The notes beneath the pieces are model-generated. The model was not told the DNA's origin, did no database searches, and saw only the letters and a program-made list of their open reading frames with translations. A DNA stretch of 64,000 bases from the NCBI GenBank assembly GCA_046964515.1, contig JBKUYM010000001.1, forward strand, positions 202,124 to 266,123. Direction: 5' to 3'. Below are positions 22,903-35,080 of this stretch, one piece after another. Within the stretch, counting starts at the first letter, position 1, and each line of letters starts with the position of its first letter. Source of the DNA: Clostridia bacterium (GTDB taxonomy: Bacteria; Bacillota; Clostridia; TANB77; CAG-508). The translations under genes and the position numbers were made by a program.

Positions 22903-23397
22903 CTATCTTTCTAGATTTTCTTTTTGATTTATAACTAATCTTTCTACTATCTTTGTTATATTTTCTTCTAACTCTCTTGCACACTTCTCATACCCTATCA
23001 TTCCATAACCAATTGGATCACTAATATTTGTATTCTTTCCTTCTTCATCTGTTTGCGCATATTCTTTTATGGTATATACTTTTCCCTGCAAAGAAGGATA
23101 TGCTTGTAATACGGTTTGTTTGTGAGAAATGGTCGCACATAAAACCATATCCATTTCTTCTATAAAAGCATCTTTTATATTGGTTGCCCTGTGTTTACTA
23201 ATATCTATCCCATAAGTTTTTAATACTTCTATAGCTTCATAGGAGGCATAATCCCCTGTTTCTGCAAAAACGCCACAAGAATATACTTTTATATTTGATA
23301 GCCCTTTTGCTTCTATTTTTTTCTTTAATAATCCTTCTGCCATAGGACTTCTACAGTTATTTCCTGTGCATACAAACATAATCTTCAATTTTTTCAC
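22903..23397 (-). CDS. Low-molecular-weight protein tyrosine/arginine phosphatase
   Basis: P-loop CTGNNCRS (CX5R) at the N-terminus; 164 aa. Confidence 0.8.
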   Translation of the reverse strand: MKKLKIMFVCTGNNCRSPMAEGLLKKKIEAKGLSNIKVYSCGVFAETGDYASYEAIEVLKTYGIDISKHRATNIKDAFIEEMDMVLCATISHKQTVLQAYPSLQGKVYTIKEYAQTDEEGKNTNISDPIGYGMIGYEKCARELEENITKIVERLVINQKENLER

Positions 23398-23524
23398 TTC
23401 CTCTATTTTTTTACACTTCTTTATTATAACAGTTGTTATTAAAAAAACAAATAGATTTCTAGAGAAAAAAATACATATTTAAAGTTATTTTTAATTAACT
23501 TAAAATATGTATTCCCTTTTTTCT

Positions 23525-24469
23525 TTATTCCTTTTCTCTAATAGTGTCTTCTTTTAATGGCGTATTTTCTGCTATGCCATCTTCTGTTGGAATTTTATAA
23601 ATTGGTTCTTGTAAATGATTTGCTTCTATATAGCGTGCATAACTATTGATTGCTTTTGTTTTTTCCTTAATATAGATTGCCTTACTATATTCTATCATAC
23701 CTTTCATGATATTTAGTTTTTCTTCCTCATTTCCCTTTTCATATGCCTTATATAGCTCTTCTCTATATTTTCTCATAATAGCCAAAAGGTATATTCGGTT
23801 TTCCTGTAATATACTATCTAACGTAGCCGTATTAGCAGAATTAACAGCCAGAATTACATGGGTTGCTACTCTACCATCTTCTATTTCTTCCATTTCTCTT
23901 TCTAAGTCTCTTACTAATAATTCCACTGCTGCTGTTTGTTGTTGTTTTGTATAGGCACTATATTTTTCCCTTATGTCTGTAATGCCTTCTTCTTTTCTTG
24001 TTTGCGCTAATCTATCTTCTTGTGTTTTGGTGTTTTGTACTTGACAGTCTTCATCTACACTTAAAAAATATTCTCTTTCTAAAATGGTAGGCCCCATTTG
24101 TGTATGTTTTAAGAAATTTTCTCCATCTTTACTCCATGTAATACTATTCAAGTGATTTTTAATTGCTTCACAATTTTGCTCCTCTAATTTCTTTTTATAA
24201 GGCTCTGTTTGCATAACTTGTTCTGCTTTTGCTTTCATTAATGATTCTACTTTTTCATATATTTGCCTTACATTTATTTTATTTTCTCCGGTTTCTTTTT
24301 TTCCTTCTCCTAAAATAATATGATTTTTTATTCCTTCTTGTTCCCATTCCCATATCACTAAATATTTTATTTGATTATCTTTGTCTTTGCCTGGAATTAC
24401 TTTTACATTGCCTTCTTTTAATACATCTTCATATATAATGCCGATGTCTTTATCTTCTATACTTTTCAT
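23525..24469 (-). CDS. Hypothetical protein (314 aa), charged and helical
   Basis: Long ORF with consistent codon usage and a terminator hairpin downstream; no family recognised. Confidence 0.5.
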   Translation of the reverse strand: MKSIEDKDIGIIYEDVLKEGNVKVIPGKDKDNQIKYLVIWEWEQEGIKNHIILGEGKKETGENKINVRQIYEKVESLMKAKAEQVMQTEPYKKKLEEQNCEAIKNHLNSITWSKDGENFLKHTQMGPTILEREYFLSVDEDCQVQNTKTQEDRLAQTRKEEGITDIREKYSAYTKQQQTAAVELLVRDLEREMEEIEDGRVATHVILAVNSANTATLDSILQENRIYLLAIMRKYREELYKAYEKGNEEEKLNIMKGMIEYSKAIYIKEKTKAINSYARYIEANHLQEPIYKIPTEDGIAENTPLKEDTIREKE

Positions 24470-24548
24470 ATTCTTTCTTCCTTTTTGTTTATACTTCTCT
24501 TTTATTATAACGATATTTTTATTGTTTGTAAATATTTTTTCTATTTTT

Positions 24549-25293
24549 CTATAGCATCATTGCCAAAACGCCTATTAAAAATCCTAGCATATTACCTATT
24601 GCTGTCATCCTACCTTGGTATAACTTATTAGATTCTGGAATTAATTCTCCGAGATACAATATATAACATCGCACCTGCTGCAAAACTTAAACACATTGCA
24701 ATAATTTCTTTAGAGATACCGCCTACTAAAGCACCAAAAAAAGCACCTACCCCTGTTGTAATACCAGATAATATAACGTAAAAGACTACTTTTAATGGAT
24801 GCATCCCTCCATTTTTCATAGGTACACTCATAGAAATTCCTTCTGGAATATCATGTAGACATATGGCGATTGCTAAAGAGTATCCTAGTGTTAGAGATGC
24901 TCCAAAACCAGAACCAATAGCTAATCCTTCTGGAAAGTTGTGAATGGCTAAACCTATACTAACCACAATTCCTGTTTTTAAAAGGCTATTTTTATTTCCT
25001 GTAAAACGTGTATTGGCATTAAATTTTTTTTGTACAACAATGTCACAAATAATCATTACTACAATGCCTGCTATAATTCCTAACAAGACATTTGCTAATT
25101 TAGCAATTTCCAAAGCTTCTGGTATTAAGTCAAAACAAACAATGGCCAACATTAGTCCAGAGGCAAATGATAAAATAAAACTCAAAAATTTATTAGATGT
25201 TTTTTTACATATAACACCTATTATACCACCAATTGTGGTTCCAAATGTTCCAAAAAATAATCCTATTAAGGTTGTTTGTATGATATTTTCCAA
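24549..25293 (-). pseudogene. zupT: ZIP family zinc transporter ZupT, C-terminal frame broken by +1 shift at 24649-24651
   Basis: HNFPEGLAIGSGF ZIP signature. The ORF-track product ends ...IVSRRINSRI*. Skipping the C of tct-CGG-aga gives ...IVSGELIPESNKLYQGRMTAIGNMLGFLIGVLAMML*, a canonical ZIP C-terminus. Confidence 0.75.
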
Positions 25294-25356
25294 AAAAAAG
25301 ACTCCTTTAAATATACTTTTACTTAAGTGTATTTATCGAAATCTCTTTTTATGCGT

Positions 25357-26418
25357 TTACTCTTCATTTCCTTTTAATTTTTCTGCTCTATCTGCAGCAA
25401 TTAAATTATCAATCATTTCATCTAAATTTCCATTTAAGAAATCTTCAAATTGATATACATTAAAGCCAATTCTATGATCGGTAATACGACCTTGTGGATA
25501 ATTGTAAGTACGAATTTTTTCACTTCTATCTCCACTACCTACTTGACTTTTTCTTTCATTTGCTATTTGGCTATCTCTTTTTTGTTTTTCTTGCTCATAT
25601 AAGCGAGAACGTAAAAGGCGCATTGCATATTCCCTATTTTGAACTTGTGAACGCTCTGTCTGACATTCTGCCACAATTCCTGTTGGAACATGGATTAATC
25701 TTACGGCTGAAGAAGTTTTATTAACATGCTGTCCTCCCGCACCAGATGCTCTATATACTTCTAATTTAATATCTGCTGGATTAATATCAATTTCTACATC
25801 TTCTACTTCTGGAAGTACGGCTACTGTTGCTGTTGAAGTATGAATTCTTCCACTACTTTCCGTATCTGGTACACGTTGTACTCTATGTACACCACTTTCA
25901 AATTTCAAACGACTGTATGCACCTTTTCCTGTAATCATAAAAGATATTTCTTTATAACCACCTAACTCTGTTTCATTTTCATTTAAAACTTCTAATTTCC
26001 AATGTTTTCGCTCTGCATACATGGTATACATTCTAAATAGAGTACCTGCAAAAAGCGCTGCTTCTTCACCACCGGCACCACCTCTAATCTCACAAATAAC
26101 GTTTTTGTCATCATCTGGATCCTTAGGGATTAATAATATTTTCAATTCTTCTTCAATTTTAGGCATTTGTTCTTTTGCTTGTAGCATTTCTTCTTCTGCT
26201 AATTCTTTCATTTCCGGATCATTCATCATTTCTTTAGCTTCTTCAAATGCTTGTTTTGCTTTTTTATATTCTCTATATTTTTCTACAATTGGTTCTAATT
26301 CTGCATGTTCTTTCATGTAGTCTCTCCACTGGCTTTGTCTTGCAATAATTTCTGGATCACTTATTTTTTGTGTTAATTCTTCATAACGTTTCTCTACTGT
26401 CTCTAATTTGTCAAACAT
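25357..26418 (-). CDS. prfA: Peptide chain release factor 1
   Basis: GGQ motif [18 protein letters not shown]; RF1-type tripeptide region RVPDTES; 353 aa. Confidence 0.9.
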   Translation of the reverse strand: MFDKLETVEKRYEELTQKISDPEIIARQSQWRDYMKEHAELEPIVEKYREYKKAKQAFEEAKEMMNDPEMKELAEEEMLQAKEQMPKIEEELKILLIPKDPDDDKNVICEIRGGAGGEEAALFAGTLFRMYTMYAERKHWKLEVLNENETELGGYKEISFMITGKGAYSRLKFESGVHRVQRVPDTESSGRIHTSTATVAVLPEVEDVEIDINPADIKLEVYRASGAGGQHVNKTSSAVRLIHVPTGIVAECQTERSQVQNREYAMRLLRSRLYEQEKQKRDSQIANERKSQVGSGDRSEKIRTYNYPQGRITDHRIGFNVYQFEDFLNGNLDEMIDNLIAADRAEKLKGNEE

Positions 26419-26532
26419 GTTATTTCTCCTTCTTTACTTTATTTGCAAGCTAATTATACTATAATTTTTTCATTTATACAATAGTCCTTTTCGTAGATTC
26501 TTGTATTTATGATTCCTTTTCAATAGAAATTT

Positions 26533-27300
26533 CTATTTTTGCAGTATTCTTTGCAAATGAGCCATATCTAATAGATTTACAGTTTCGAAGTTTCCTTTAT
26601 AAAATACACCCCAATTATTAAATACACATGGTAATTCTTTTGCCTTTTGTAAGGTATCCACTAATGTGAAAGCTACTGGTATAGCATTTTCAGCACAATA
26701 CTGTTTTATCATCTCTACGTTTTGATAGATATAGGGACATTGTCTATCATAATAAATGGTTAATGCCTTATTTTCGATTTTCTCTTTTTTTACATTTTGT
26801 GCGAAACTTGGCATGGTTCCATCCAAAGAAAGTGCAAGCAACTCATAACCATTATCTGTAGTATCCACTACTTCAAATCCGAATTTTTTTGCAAATGATT
26901 GGTCAGAAAGCCATGATTTTTGTTTCTTAGCACCTAACATACAAATTCCAGATTTTCCTTTCTGTTTTGCATCCTTTAAACAATACTCCATTAGCGCTTT
27001 TCCATATCCTTTTCCTTTGTTTTGGCTAGAAACCCATAAGCAATATACATAATAGTAGTTATCACCTATTATAGGAACCCATGCTGTTTCAAGAGGTGCA
27101 TATTCAATGAATACTGTCGTTTTTTGATTTAGCTTTCTAAACACATGACCTTCTTTTAATCGTTCAGAAAGCCATTTTTTCTTTTCTTCAATTCCTGGAT
27201 GTGTTTTTTTACTGCGAATCATACAGCATAGATGCTCCTCATTTATGTTTTCAGGTGTTATGTTTATAAATTCTGGTGTATTTAAAATTGTTTTTTCCAT
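26533..27300 (-). CDS. GNAT acetyltransferase with YoaP-like C-terminal domain
   Basis: GNAT core YVYCLWVSSQNKGKGYGKALMEY; C-terminal cysteine-containing YoaP-like region. Confidence 0.55.
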   Translation of the reverse strand: MEKTILNTPEFINITPENINEEHLCCMIRSKKTHPGIEEKKKWLSERLKEGHVFRKLNQKTTVFIEYAPLETAWVPIIGDNYYYVYCLWVSSQNKGKGYGKALMEYCLKDAKQKGKSGICMLGAKKQKSWLSDQSFAKKFGFEVVDTTDNGYELLALSLDGTMPSFAQNVKKEKIENKALTIYYDRQCPYIYQNVEMIKQYCAENAIPVAFTLVDTLQKAKELPCVFNNWGVFYKGNFETVNLLDMAHLQRILQK

Positions 27301-27552
27301 CTTATCTTCTCTCAATCCCTTTTCTTTATTTTTTATTTATTCTTTGTCGTTTTGGTATATGGTAAAAAGCTAATTACCTTTTTCATATTTTTAATTATAG
27401 CATTCGATACAAATGTTCGCAAGTGTTTCTAAAATTATTTCTATTATTTTATCGTTTCCTCATTATTTCTCATTTTTGTTTTTCTCAAAACTCTAACTTT
27501 TTTTATAAAAAAATAAGTCAAAATATTTCATCTTTGACTTACTTTTTATTTT

Positions 27553-28155
27553 CTATTTTACTAAATTTTCTATTAAATGAATGGTTTCTTCTACGCCTAT
27601 TTTTGAAGTATCTATTAATAAATCATAACTTTCCTTTGCTCCCCATTTTTCTTCTGTGTAATACGCATAGTAACTTGCTCTTTGTTTATCTATTCTTTCT
27701 ATCATCTTTTTGGCTTTCTGATTTGTCATTCCTGCAAATTCTATTTTTCTCTTGATTTTAAAATCCATATCAGAAGCATATAAAAAGATATGTAAGCTAT
27801 CTGGTTTATTTCTTAATATAACATTTGCACATCTTCCAATAATAATACTATTATTTTCTTGTGCTATTTCTTCAATCATTTTTGAAGTTTCTATAAAATA
27901 TTTATCTTCTGTTGGAAGATCTGTTAGAGAATTTACACTATCTTCAAAAGATAAAGCAGACATTGCTAAGGTATACCAAAAACTATTTTTATGTTTTTCG
28001 TCCATAGATTCTAATATTTTTTCATCAATATTTTTTTCTTTAGATAATCTTTTTATAATTTCTTTATCATAAAAAGACATTTGTAATCTTTTGGCCAATT
28101 GCTCTCCTATGTATTTACCGCCACTTCCGTATTCTCTACCAATTGTAATAATCAT
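27553..28155 (-). CDS. Cytidylate-kinase-like P-loop family protein
   Basis: Walker A IGREYGSGG at the N-terminus; 200 aa; family common in Clostridia. Confidence 0.55.
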   Translation of the reverse strand: MIITIGREYGSGGKYIGEQLAKRLQMSFYDKEIIKRLSKEKNIDEKILESMDEKHKNSFWYTLAMSALSFEDSVNSLTDLPTEDKYFIETSKMIEEIAQENNSIIIGRCANVILRNKPDSLHIFLYASDMDFKIKRKIEFAGMTNQKAKKMIERIDKQRASYYAYYTEEKWGAKESYDLLIDTSKIGVEETIHLIENLVK

Positions 28156-29561
28156 TCTTCTACCTCCTGTTTTTCTAATTTTTTAATTTGTTTTATTTCT
28201 AGTGTTACTAATATCATTGCTAATACGAAGGCTAAACCATCTGCTGTTGGACCTGCAAATAAAATACCTTCTATTCCGCCTATATGACTTAATATTAACA
28301 TAGCTGGTATTAAAAATAAAATTTGTCTAGATAGCGATATGATAGCTGATTTCATAGGTTTTCCTATTGCTTGCATAAAAATACCAGAAATCATTTGAAA
28401 ACTATTTAATAAAATAAACATTAAAAAGATTTTAAAACTTTTTTGTGCAAATTCGTTGTATAACCCATTTTCTTGTCCAAACAAATTAATAACTATTTGT
28501 GGACATAGCTGAAAAATAATGGTTCCTATAATGGTTATGATAGCACCTATTTGAATTGCTTTCATAAAAGTTTGTACCACTCTTTTATATTGTTTTGCAC
28601 CATAATTAAATCCTAAAATTGGCTGTGCTCCTACGGCAATACCAATGATAACCGAGTTTACAATTTGATTTACTTTCATAACAATACCTAATGCAGATAA
28701 AGGAATATCACTTCCATATTTAGATATAGCACCATATTTTGCAAGTAATTGATTCATTACAATTAATACGATAGTGATAGAAATTTGTGTAATAAAACTA
28801 GAGATACCTAATCCTAATATATTTTTTACGGTTTTTACTTTTAATTTCAAACTATCTTTCGTTACTTCAATGGTTTTAAATTTCTTGATATATAAAATAG
28901 ATAACATTCCAGAGACAACTTGCCCTACTACCGTAGCGATTGCTGCTCCTTCTACACCCCATTTTAGCACAAAAATAGCTATTGGGTCTAGAATGACATT
29001 AATAATAGCGCCTATTAGCATTGTCCTCATAGCATAGGTAGGTGCACCATCTGCTCTAATCATAGAGTTTAAAGTATTGGTTAACATGAAAAATGGTAAC
29101 CCCAGTACAATATAAAACATATAACTTTTTGCATAACCATAGGAAGCCTGTGTTACTCCAAATAATTTCAATAATGGTTCTGCCATAACTAACCCGATTA
29201 TTAAAAAGATAATACTAATTAGTACCACTAGTGTAATTCCATTTCCAATTCCTTTTTTAGCACTTTCCCTATCGTTTTTTCCTAAGCTTAAACTTAAATG
29301 TGCTGCAGCTCCATCTCCTATTAATAAGGAAAAAGCAAGCGCAATAACGGTTAATGGAAATACGATATTGGTTGCTGTATTTCCTAAATAGCCTACCCCC
29401 TGTCCAATAAATATTTGATCTACAATATTATATAAAGCACTAACTAATAATGAAATGATACAAGGAATGCTAAATTTTTTAATTAATTTTCCTATTTTTT
29501 CAGTAGCCAATTCATTTTGCTTTACGCCTTCTTGTTTAGAAATTTCTTCTGTTTGTTCCAT
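28152..29561 (-). CDS. MATE family efflux transporter
   Basis: 469 aa, 12 predicted TM segments, MATE-like layout; 4-nt overlap with the downstream gene. Confidence 0.8.
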   Translation of the reverse strand: MEQTEEISKQEGVKQNELATEKIGKLIKKFSIPCIISLLVSALYNIVDQIFIGQGVGYLGNTATNIVFPLTVIALAFSLLIGDGAAAHLSLSLGKNDRESAKKGIGNGITLVVLISIIFLIIGLVMAEPLLKLFGVTQASYGYAKSYMFYIVLGLPFFMLTNTLNSMIRADGAPTYAMRTMLIGAIINVILDPIAIFVLKWGVEGAAIATVVGQVVSGMLSILYIKKFKTIEVTKDSLKLKVKTVKNILGLGISSFITQISITIVLIVMNQLLAKYGAISKYGSDIPLSALGIVMKVNQIVNSVIIGIAVGAQPILGFNYGAKQYKRVVQTFMKAIQIGAIITIIGTIIFQLCPQIVINLFGQENGLYNEFAQKSFKIFLMFILLNSFQMISGIFMQAIGKPMKSAIISLSRQILFLIPAMLILSHIGGIEGILFAGPTADGLAFVLAMILVTLEIKQIKKLEKQEVEE

Positions 29562-29722
29562 TTTTTCCTCCTTTTTTCATATAAATAACGAGTCATCTTT
29601 AACATCTCTTGTTTTGTTAAAAGATTCCTCGTTTTTTTACGTATTTTTTTATTTTAACACATTTTTTTATTCTTTGTAAGTATTTTTTTATAATTTTTTA
29701 AATTTTTTATTTTATTACTTTT

Positions 29723-31767
29723 CTATAATTGTACTAGATGATATGGTATTTCCTGTTTTTCTAGTATTTGTTTTTCTCTATTAGTACAAGTAAATATTAA
29801 AATTTGATAATCCAAAAATTCTTTATGTAGATACTCCATCATATTTTGTAATCTTTGTTCATCATAATATGCAAATGACTCATCTAACATAATCGGCAAT
29901 CTTTCTTTAGAAAGTTCTCTAATCATAGAAAGTCTTAGGGATATATATAACTGATCAATGGTTCCTACACTTAATTGATTCGCTGGAATATATTCTCCAT
30001 TTTCTTTTTCTATCATCATTCCTTCTTCATCATTAACACTTACTTTTTGATATTTCTCATTTGAAATTTTAGCAATCGCTTGCGATAAATTTTGTGTAAA
30101 TTTAGGTGTTACTTTTTCTTTCATTTTTTGGTAAGCCATTTCTAATGTTTGTCTAACTAATTCTATACAAAAATTGTCTTTTAGTAAATCTTCCTCTTGT
30201 TTTTTTAAACTTTCTATTTTTTCTTCTAAATATGCTAATTTTTCTAATTTCGGTAAAATATTATTTTTATCTAAAAATAAAGCATGTAATTCTAATTGAT
30301 TTTTCTGTAATTCTTTTTCTGTTTTTTCTTTTTCTTCTTCTATATTTTTTTCGGCTATATAATGATTTATTATTTCTGTATTTATTTTATTTTGATATTT
30401 ATTTTTTATTTTTTCTTTTTCCAAATTTATTTCTAAATTAATTTTATTATTTAATTTTTGAATTTCTATTTTTTCTTCTTCTATATTTTTCTATTAATTC
30501 TATTTGTGATTTTATTTTTTCTAATATATTTTTTTAATTCTATATTTTCTATTTCTTCTTGTTTTTCTATTTGCTTCTCTTCTTCATTTTCGTTTTGATA
30601 CCTTTTATAAAACATGATATTGGTTACTAAAATAGCAAGCAAATCTATCGGCATTATGCATATGCAAGCAAATGATAAAATACTGTTTTTCGTGTACATA
30701 ATATTGAAAATACTGCTTAGTATCAAAATTAATAAAATACTAATTAAAATAAAATTGCTTATTTTATGTTTTTTTATTTTTATTTTTCCTTTTTTATTTT
30801 TATAAATTTATTTTTTAATTTTTTATTTTCTTCTTCTGAATCATTTTCTATTTTATTTTTATTTTTCTAAATCATAATTAAAAAAATAATTATCTATTTT
30901 TATTTTTCTTCTAATTTATTTTTTTCTTTTTTTAATTCTTCTTTTTTTCTTCATTATTTATTTTTATTTTTCATTTAAATTTATTTTTTTCTTTTTCTAT
31001 TTTTCTTTTTCATTTATTTTTTTTATTTCTTTTATAATTTCTAAATATAATTCTTGTTTTTTTATTTCCTCCTCTAATTTTTGTTGTATTTTTTCCATTT
31101 CATACTGTTTGTCTTTATAACAAATAAGTCTTTCCTTTTCTATTTGTGTATTTTTTAATTCTTCTTGTACAACATTAAGGGGTCTTCCCTGGGAACGACT
31201 ACTTCCGATTTCTTCTACCTGTTTTTTGTTCAATTTATCCATAGCCTTTTTATACGAAATGTTATCTTCGCCTGTTCCCGCAAGGTTTGCTACTTTCTGA
31301 ATCAAAAAATTTTGTGTTTGTCTATCTAATCTAACTTCTTCTTGTTGTGTAACTAATGTAGATAAAAACATGGATTCTTCTATATTGGTTTGTTCAAAAA
31401 AGAATTCATTGCCAGTTGTCTTATTGACACTAAATTCTTTAGAAATCTCTTCTAAATTTGCATTATATATTTTAGGATTTTTTTTACGAAAGTCTCTAAA
31501 TATTTCATAGGTTTCTCCATTATCTAATTCATAGCCTATTTTACCTGAAAATTCCGCATTTTCCCATGGCATATATTTTTCATAATCTGTATATTCTTTT
31601 CCCCTTTTATTTTTAGAAATCCCATAAAACATACTAATTATATATTTTAACAATGTAGATTTTCCACTTTCATTTTTTCCTTGTATTATATTAATATGAT
31701 TTGATAAAGAAATTTCTTTATCTTTTAGATTTCCAAATGCATTTATTTTTAATTCTTTTATTTTCAA
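29723..31767 (-). pseudogene. YhaN/SbcC-like AAA ATPase (N-terminal Walker A, central TM hairpin, C-terminal signature/Walker B); middle coiled-coil region riddled with stops
   Basis: 30997..31767 encodes NIIQGKNESGKST (Walker A). 29723..30424 encodes LSVGTIDQLYISLRLS...IMLDESFAYYDE (ABC signature plus Walker B). 30481..30726 encodes a hydrophobic hairpin. Between them, about 270 nt of poly-Lys/Glu-coding A/T tract has stops in all frames. Confidence 0.55.
30430..31090. repeat. Extreme A/T low-complexity tract (T-rich on + strand; K/E/I/N-coding on - strand)
   Basis: Runs of tttttctatttt/ttttatttt units with almost no G/C on the + strand; several artefactual + strand ORFs called here. Confidence 0.6.
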
Positions 31768-31783
31768 GATGGCACCTCTTTTC

Positions 31784-32857
31784 TTATGATAGTATTTCTA
31801 TTCCTATTTCAATGGCTTTTTCTATCATTTCTGTATCTTGTGTTTCTTCCTTCAATTTTTTTTGCATTTCTTTTATAAAAATACCTTTTAAAGTTATATC
31901 ATTTGCTAATTCTTCTATAGGATAGCCTATTTTCGTTTCGTCTTTTATTTTTAGGATATTCCTTTGTTCAATCATTTTTTCTAGTTTATAAATTGGTATC
32001 TCAAAATTTCTGTTGCCTACTAATTTTAACTTATATAATTTATGTTCTTCTAAAACAAGATGTTGAATAGCTTCTACTAATTCTTCTATGGTTTGATAAT
32101 TATCTATTTCTAGACATTGTTCTATAAACTCTTTTTCATCCAATGGTATGAATTCTATCTGTATTTTTTCTTTTGTAATATCTCCTACTAACATACCATG
32201 TTTTCCTAATTCATCAAACCCTAAAGCAATTGTAGAACCCGGATACAGTATTCTTTGGTTTTCATTAGATAAATTGCTTTTATGGATATGGCCTAAAGCT
32301 ATGTAATCAAAACCTAAAGACTTCAATTTTTTACTAGAAATGGCATTATAATTTCTCTCTTCCTGTTGGCTGGCGTCTACACTAGCATGGGTTATAAAAA
32401 TATTCATTTTTTCTGGATTTTCTATTTGTATATTTTCTATAGCAGATTCATAACAATAAAAATCATCAAATCCAAATCCATAAATATCGGCTTCTGGTGT
32501 TTCTATTTTTTCTATTTTACTAGAAAATATTTTTACATTTTTAGACCAATTGTAAGTTGCATAATAGGAGTTTTTTAAATACGGATCGTGATTTCCTGGT
32601 GTGATATAAATTTGTGTCTCTGGTATTTGACTAAAGAGTTCATTGATATAGGCAATGGTACTTTGTCTAATGTAATTTTGGTCATACAAATCTCCTGCAA
32701 TCCACAAATAAGGAATGTGATTTTCTTGTATATATTCTATCATTTTTTTAAAAGCTCTTCTTTGATCTATTCTTCTAATTTCTCCTAAGTCCGCTTTATT
32801 ACTTAATAATGTAAACGGGGTATCAAAATGCATATCTGCAATATGAACAAATTTCAT
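31784..32857 (-). CDS. sbcD: SbcD/YhaO-like Mre11-family metallophosphoesterase nuclease
   Basis: N-terminal MKFVHIADMHFD (calcineurin-like motif I), GDLYD, GNHD and GHIH motifs; 357 aa; immediately upstream of the SbcC-like ATPase. Confidence 0.8.
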   Translation of the reverse strand: MKFVHIADMHFDTPFTLLSNKADLGEIRRIDQRRAFKKMIEYIQENHIPYLWIAGDLYDQNYIRQSTIAYINELFSQIPETQIYITPGNHDPYLKNSYYATYNWSKNVKIFSSKIEKIETPEADIYGFGFDDFYCYESAIENIQIENPEKMNIFITHASVDASQQEERNYNAISSKKLKSLGFDYIALGHIHKSNLSNENQRILYPGSTIALGFDELGKHGMLVGDITKEKIQIEFIPLDEKEFIEQCLEIDNYQTIEELVEAIQHLVLEEHKLYKLKLVGNRNFEIPIYKLEKMIEQRNILKIKDETKIGYPIEELANDITLKGIFIKEMQKKLKEETQDTEMIEKAIEIGIEILS

Positions 32858-32998
32858 CTTTCTTCCTCCTATTTTTCTCTTGAAAATTATATCGGTAATT
32901 TAGACAAAAGTCAATAAAATATTAAAACATTTGTTTTATTTTCTTTTCGTGTACATAAAAAATTGCCAAATTGGATTTTCCTACTTGGCAATTTTTTT

Positions 32999-35042
32999 CT
33001 ATTTATTGTTATCATCGTCATCTTCTATTGGCCCAAATAATTCATCAAATTTTGCTTCTAATTCTTTTTGAATATCTGGTGAAAAAATGTCTTCTGTATC
33101 ATCTTCTAATGGTAGCATCGGTGCTTCTATTTCTTTTTCTTTTACAGCAGTAGCCGTCTTTTTAGTTGGTTTGCTTTGTACGTCTTTACTTATTGTAGTT
33201 TTTGTAGCATCTGGTTTTGCACTTGCTGTAATATTTTCATCATCGAATAAGTCATCTAAAGATTCTACTTTTAAGTCTTCTACTTTTTTCTCTCCCTCTG
33301 GTACATATGGATTATATGGATTATATTTTCTCCATACACCTCTATTTCCTGCGTCAAAGTGATTGTGATCCATTTTATTGGCTTGTAAATCTTTTAGCAT
33401 TTTAGGATGTTCAAAGTAATAGTATTTACGTGCTTTTACAGGCTTTATTCCTTTTTCATAGATAATACACAAATCATTATCCATTCTTCTTAATTCGTCC
33501 GGGGTCATAAGTGCCCTTCCCATCACTTGTTCAGAATCACTCATGCCTTGCTTGTGTGCCTTCTTATCTCTGTTTATAGAATGACTATCTCTAAATATTG
33601 TTTTTTCTCCTAATGATTTAGAAAAATATTCTACAGTTTTAAAAGAGTTACTTCCTAAAAACACGTGTGTATCACAGTTACCCATAATTGTTTCATATGA
33701 TTTTTCATATACAGCTTCTAATTGGTCTAAATTTTGTAGAATAACACTAAATTGAATTCCTCTACTTCTAGAAGTTGAAATTTTCTTATCAAAATCTGGT
33801 ATCCTACCAATATTGGCAAACTCATCTAATATAAAAAATACAGGCATTTTTAATCTTCCACCATTTAAATCTGCATAATTATATAATTGTTGTATCATTT
33901 GAGAGAAGAATATCGTTAATAAAAAGTCATATGCTGTATGTGTATCTGATGAAATAACATATACAGCTGTTTTTTTACTTCCTATATCTTCAAAATTAAT
34001 GGTATCTGTAGACGTTACTTCTGCAATTTCTTTAGAATCAAATTTACCTAATTTAGATTGTAAAGAACTTAAAATCGAGCCATATGTTTTTTCTGGTGCG
34101 ATTTCAATAGATTTATAGTACATTCTAGCAGGGTGGTCATAAGGTAATTGATTAATTAATTCTGTCAATAAATTACTTCCCCCATTACTATTTGCAGCTC
34201 TTACTAATTCTGCACAACTTGCTAAATTTTGCTCTTCTTCTGGTCTGGTTGCAATTAAGTAATAAATTAATGCTTTTAATAGCATTTCTGCCATATCATC
34301 CCAATATGGTTCTGAAGAAGATTCCGCTTTTTGACCTTTTATAACAGTATTCGCAATAACATCCACATCTAACTCACTAGATACATGCATTAAAGGATTA
34401 TAGCCATCACTATTGGCTGGATTTACTAAATTGAGTACTTTAATATCATATCCATGTGCTTTTAAATATCCTGCAGTATCATCATATAGTTCTCCTTTCG
34501 GATCTGTAAACACATAAGAACCTAACATTTGATAAGCATTTGGTTTTGAATAGGAAGCTGATTTACCAGAACCAGAACCGTCCAACAATTAAGGTATTAA
34601 TATTTCCTCTTTTATCAACTGGCAAATAATTCTCTTCTGCTAAAATAATTCCTTTATTTTTATTTAATATTTTATATTGTTCTCCATGTTCACTCCAATC
34701 GCTGGACCCATGTTCTATGTTATGATATTCTCCCTTTGGTTTTGATTTAATAAAACCAATTATTGAACAAAATATAAAAACAATACTAAAGTTTCCTAAA
34801 CAAGTTAAAAATGTCTCAAAATAAGTTGCTGAAAACATTTTTCCTATGGTTGTAAAACTTGAAATGGCTGGTATTAGTTTTTCCATAAAGGTATTCATAT
34901 TAAATACCCCCATTGCATTGGTTGCTTCTTTAATACTATAGGCTACAGGCGAAACAAGTACTATGGCTAATACAATCCATAGTACTCCTATTGTTATTAA
35001 GAAAACTTTACTTTGTGCAATTACTCTTTTTAATTTTTCCAT
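32999..35042 (-). pseudogene. Type IV secretion coupling protein (VirD4/TraG/TraD family), frame broken by +1 shift at 34578-34580
   Basis: 34563..35042 encodes the N-terminal TM region ending ...NTLIVGRFWFW*. 32999..34588 begins LDGSGSGKS (Walker A), then DPKGE and Walker B ILDEFANIG. Skipping the C of gga-CGG-ttc yields NTLIVGGSGSGKS. Confidence 0.75.
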
Positions 35043-35080
35043 GGCTTTCCACCTTTTCTTTGGTTTTCAATTTCTCTATT

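Noticed and set aside
24944-25453. 169-aa plus-strand ORF
   Set aside because: Antisense to zupT and to the 3' end of prfA, with no RBS. It is spurious.
25357-26418. Programmed +1 frameshift of the prfB type
   Set aside because: The gene is RF1-type, with no SPF motif and no internal in-frame UGA context, and is a single intact ORF.
30232-30805. Plus-strand ORFs 30232..30441 and 30614..30805 with F/L-rich products
   Set aside because: They are artefacts of the T-rich low-complexity tract on the antisense strand of the YhaN-like gene.
30430-31090. Possible CRISPR array or tandem repeat locus
   Set aside because: There is no regular repeat-spacer periodicity and no conserved unit of 24 nt or more. 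It is a low-complexity coding tract, not a CRISPR.
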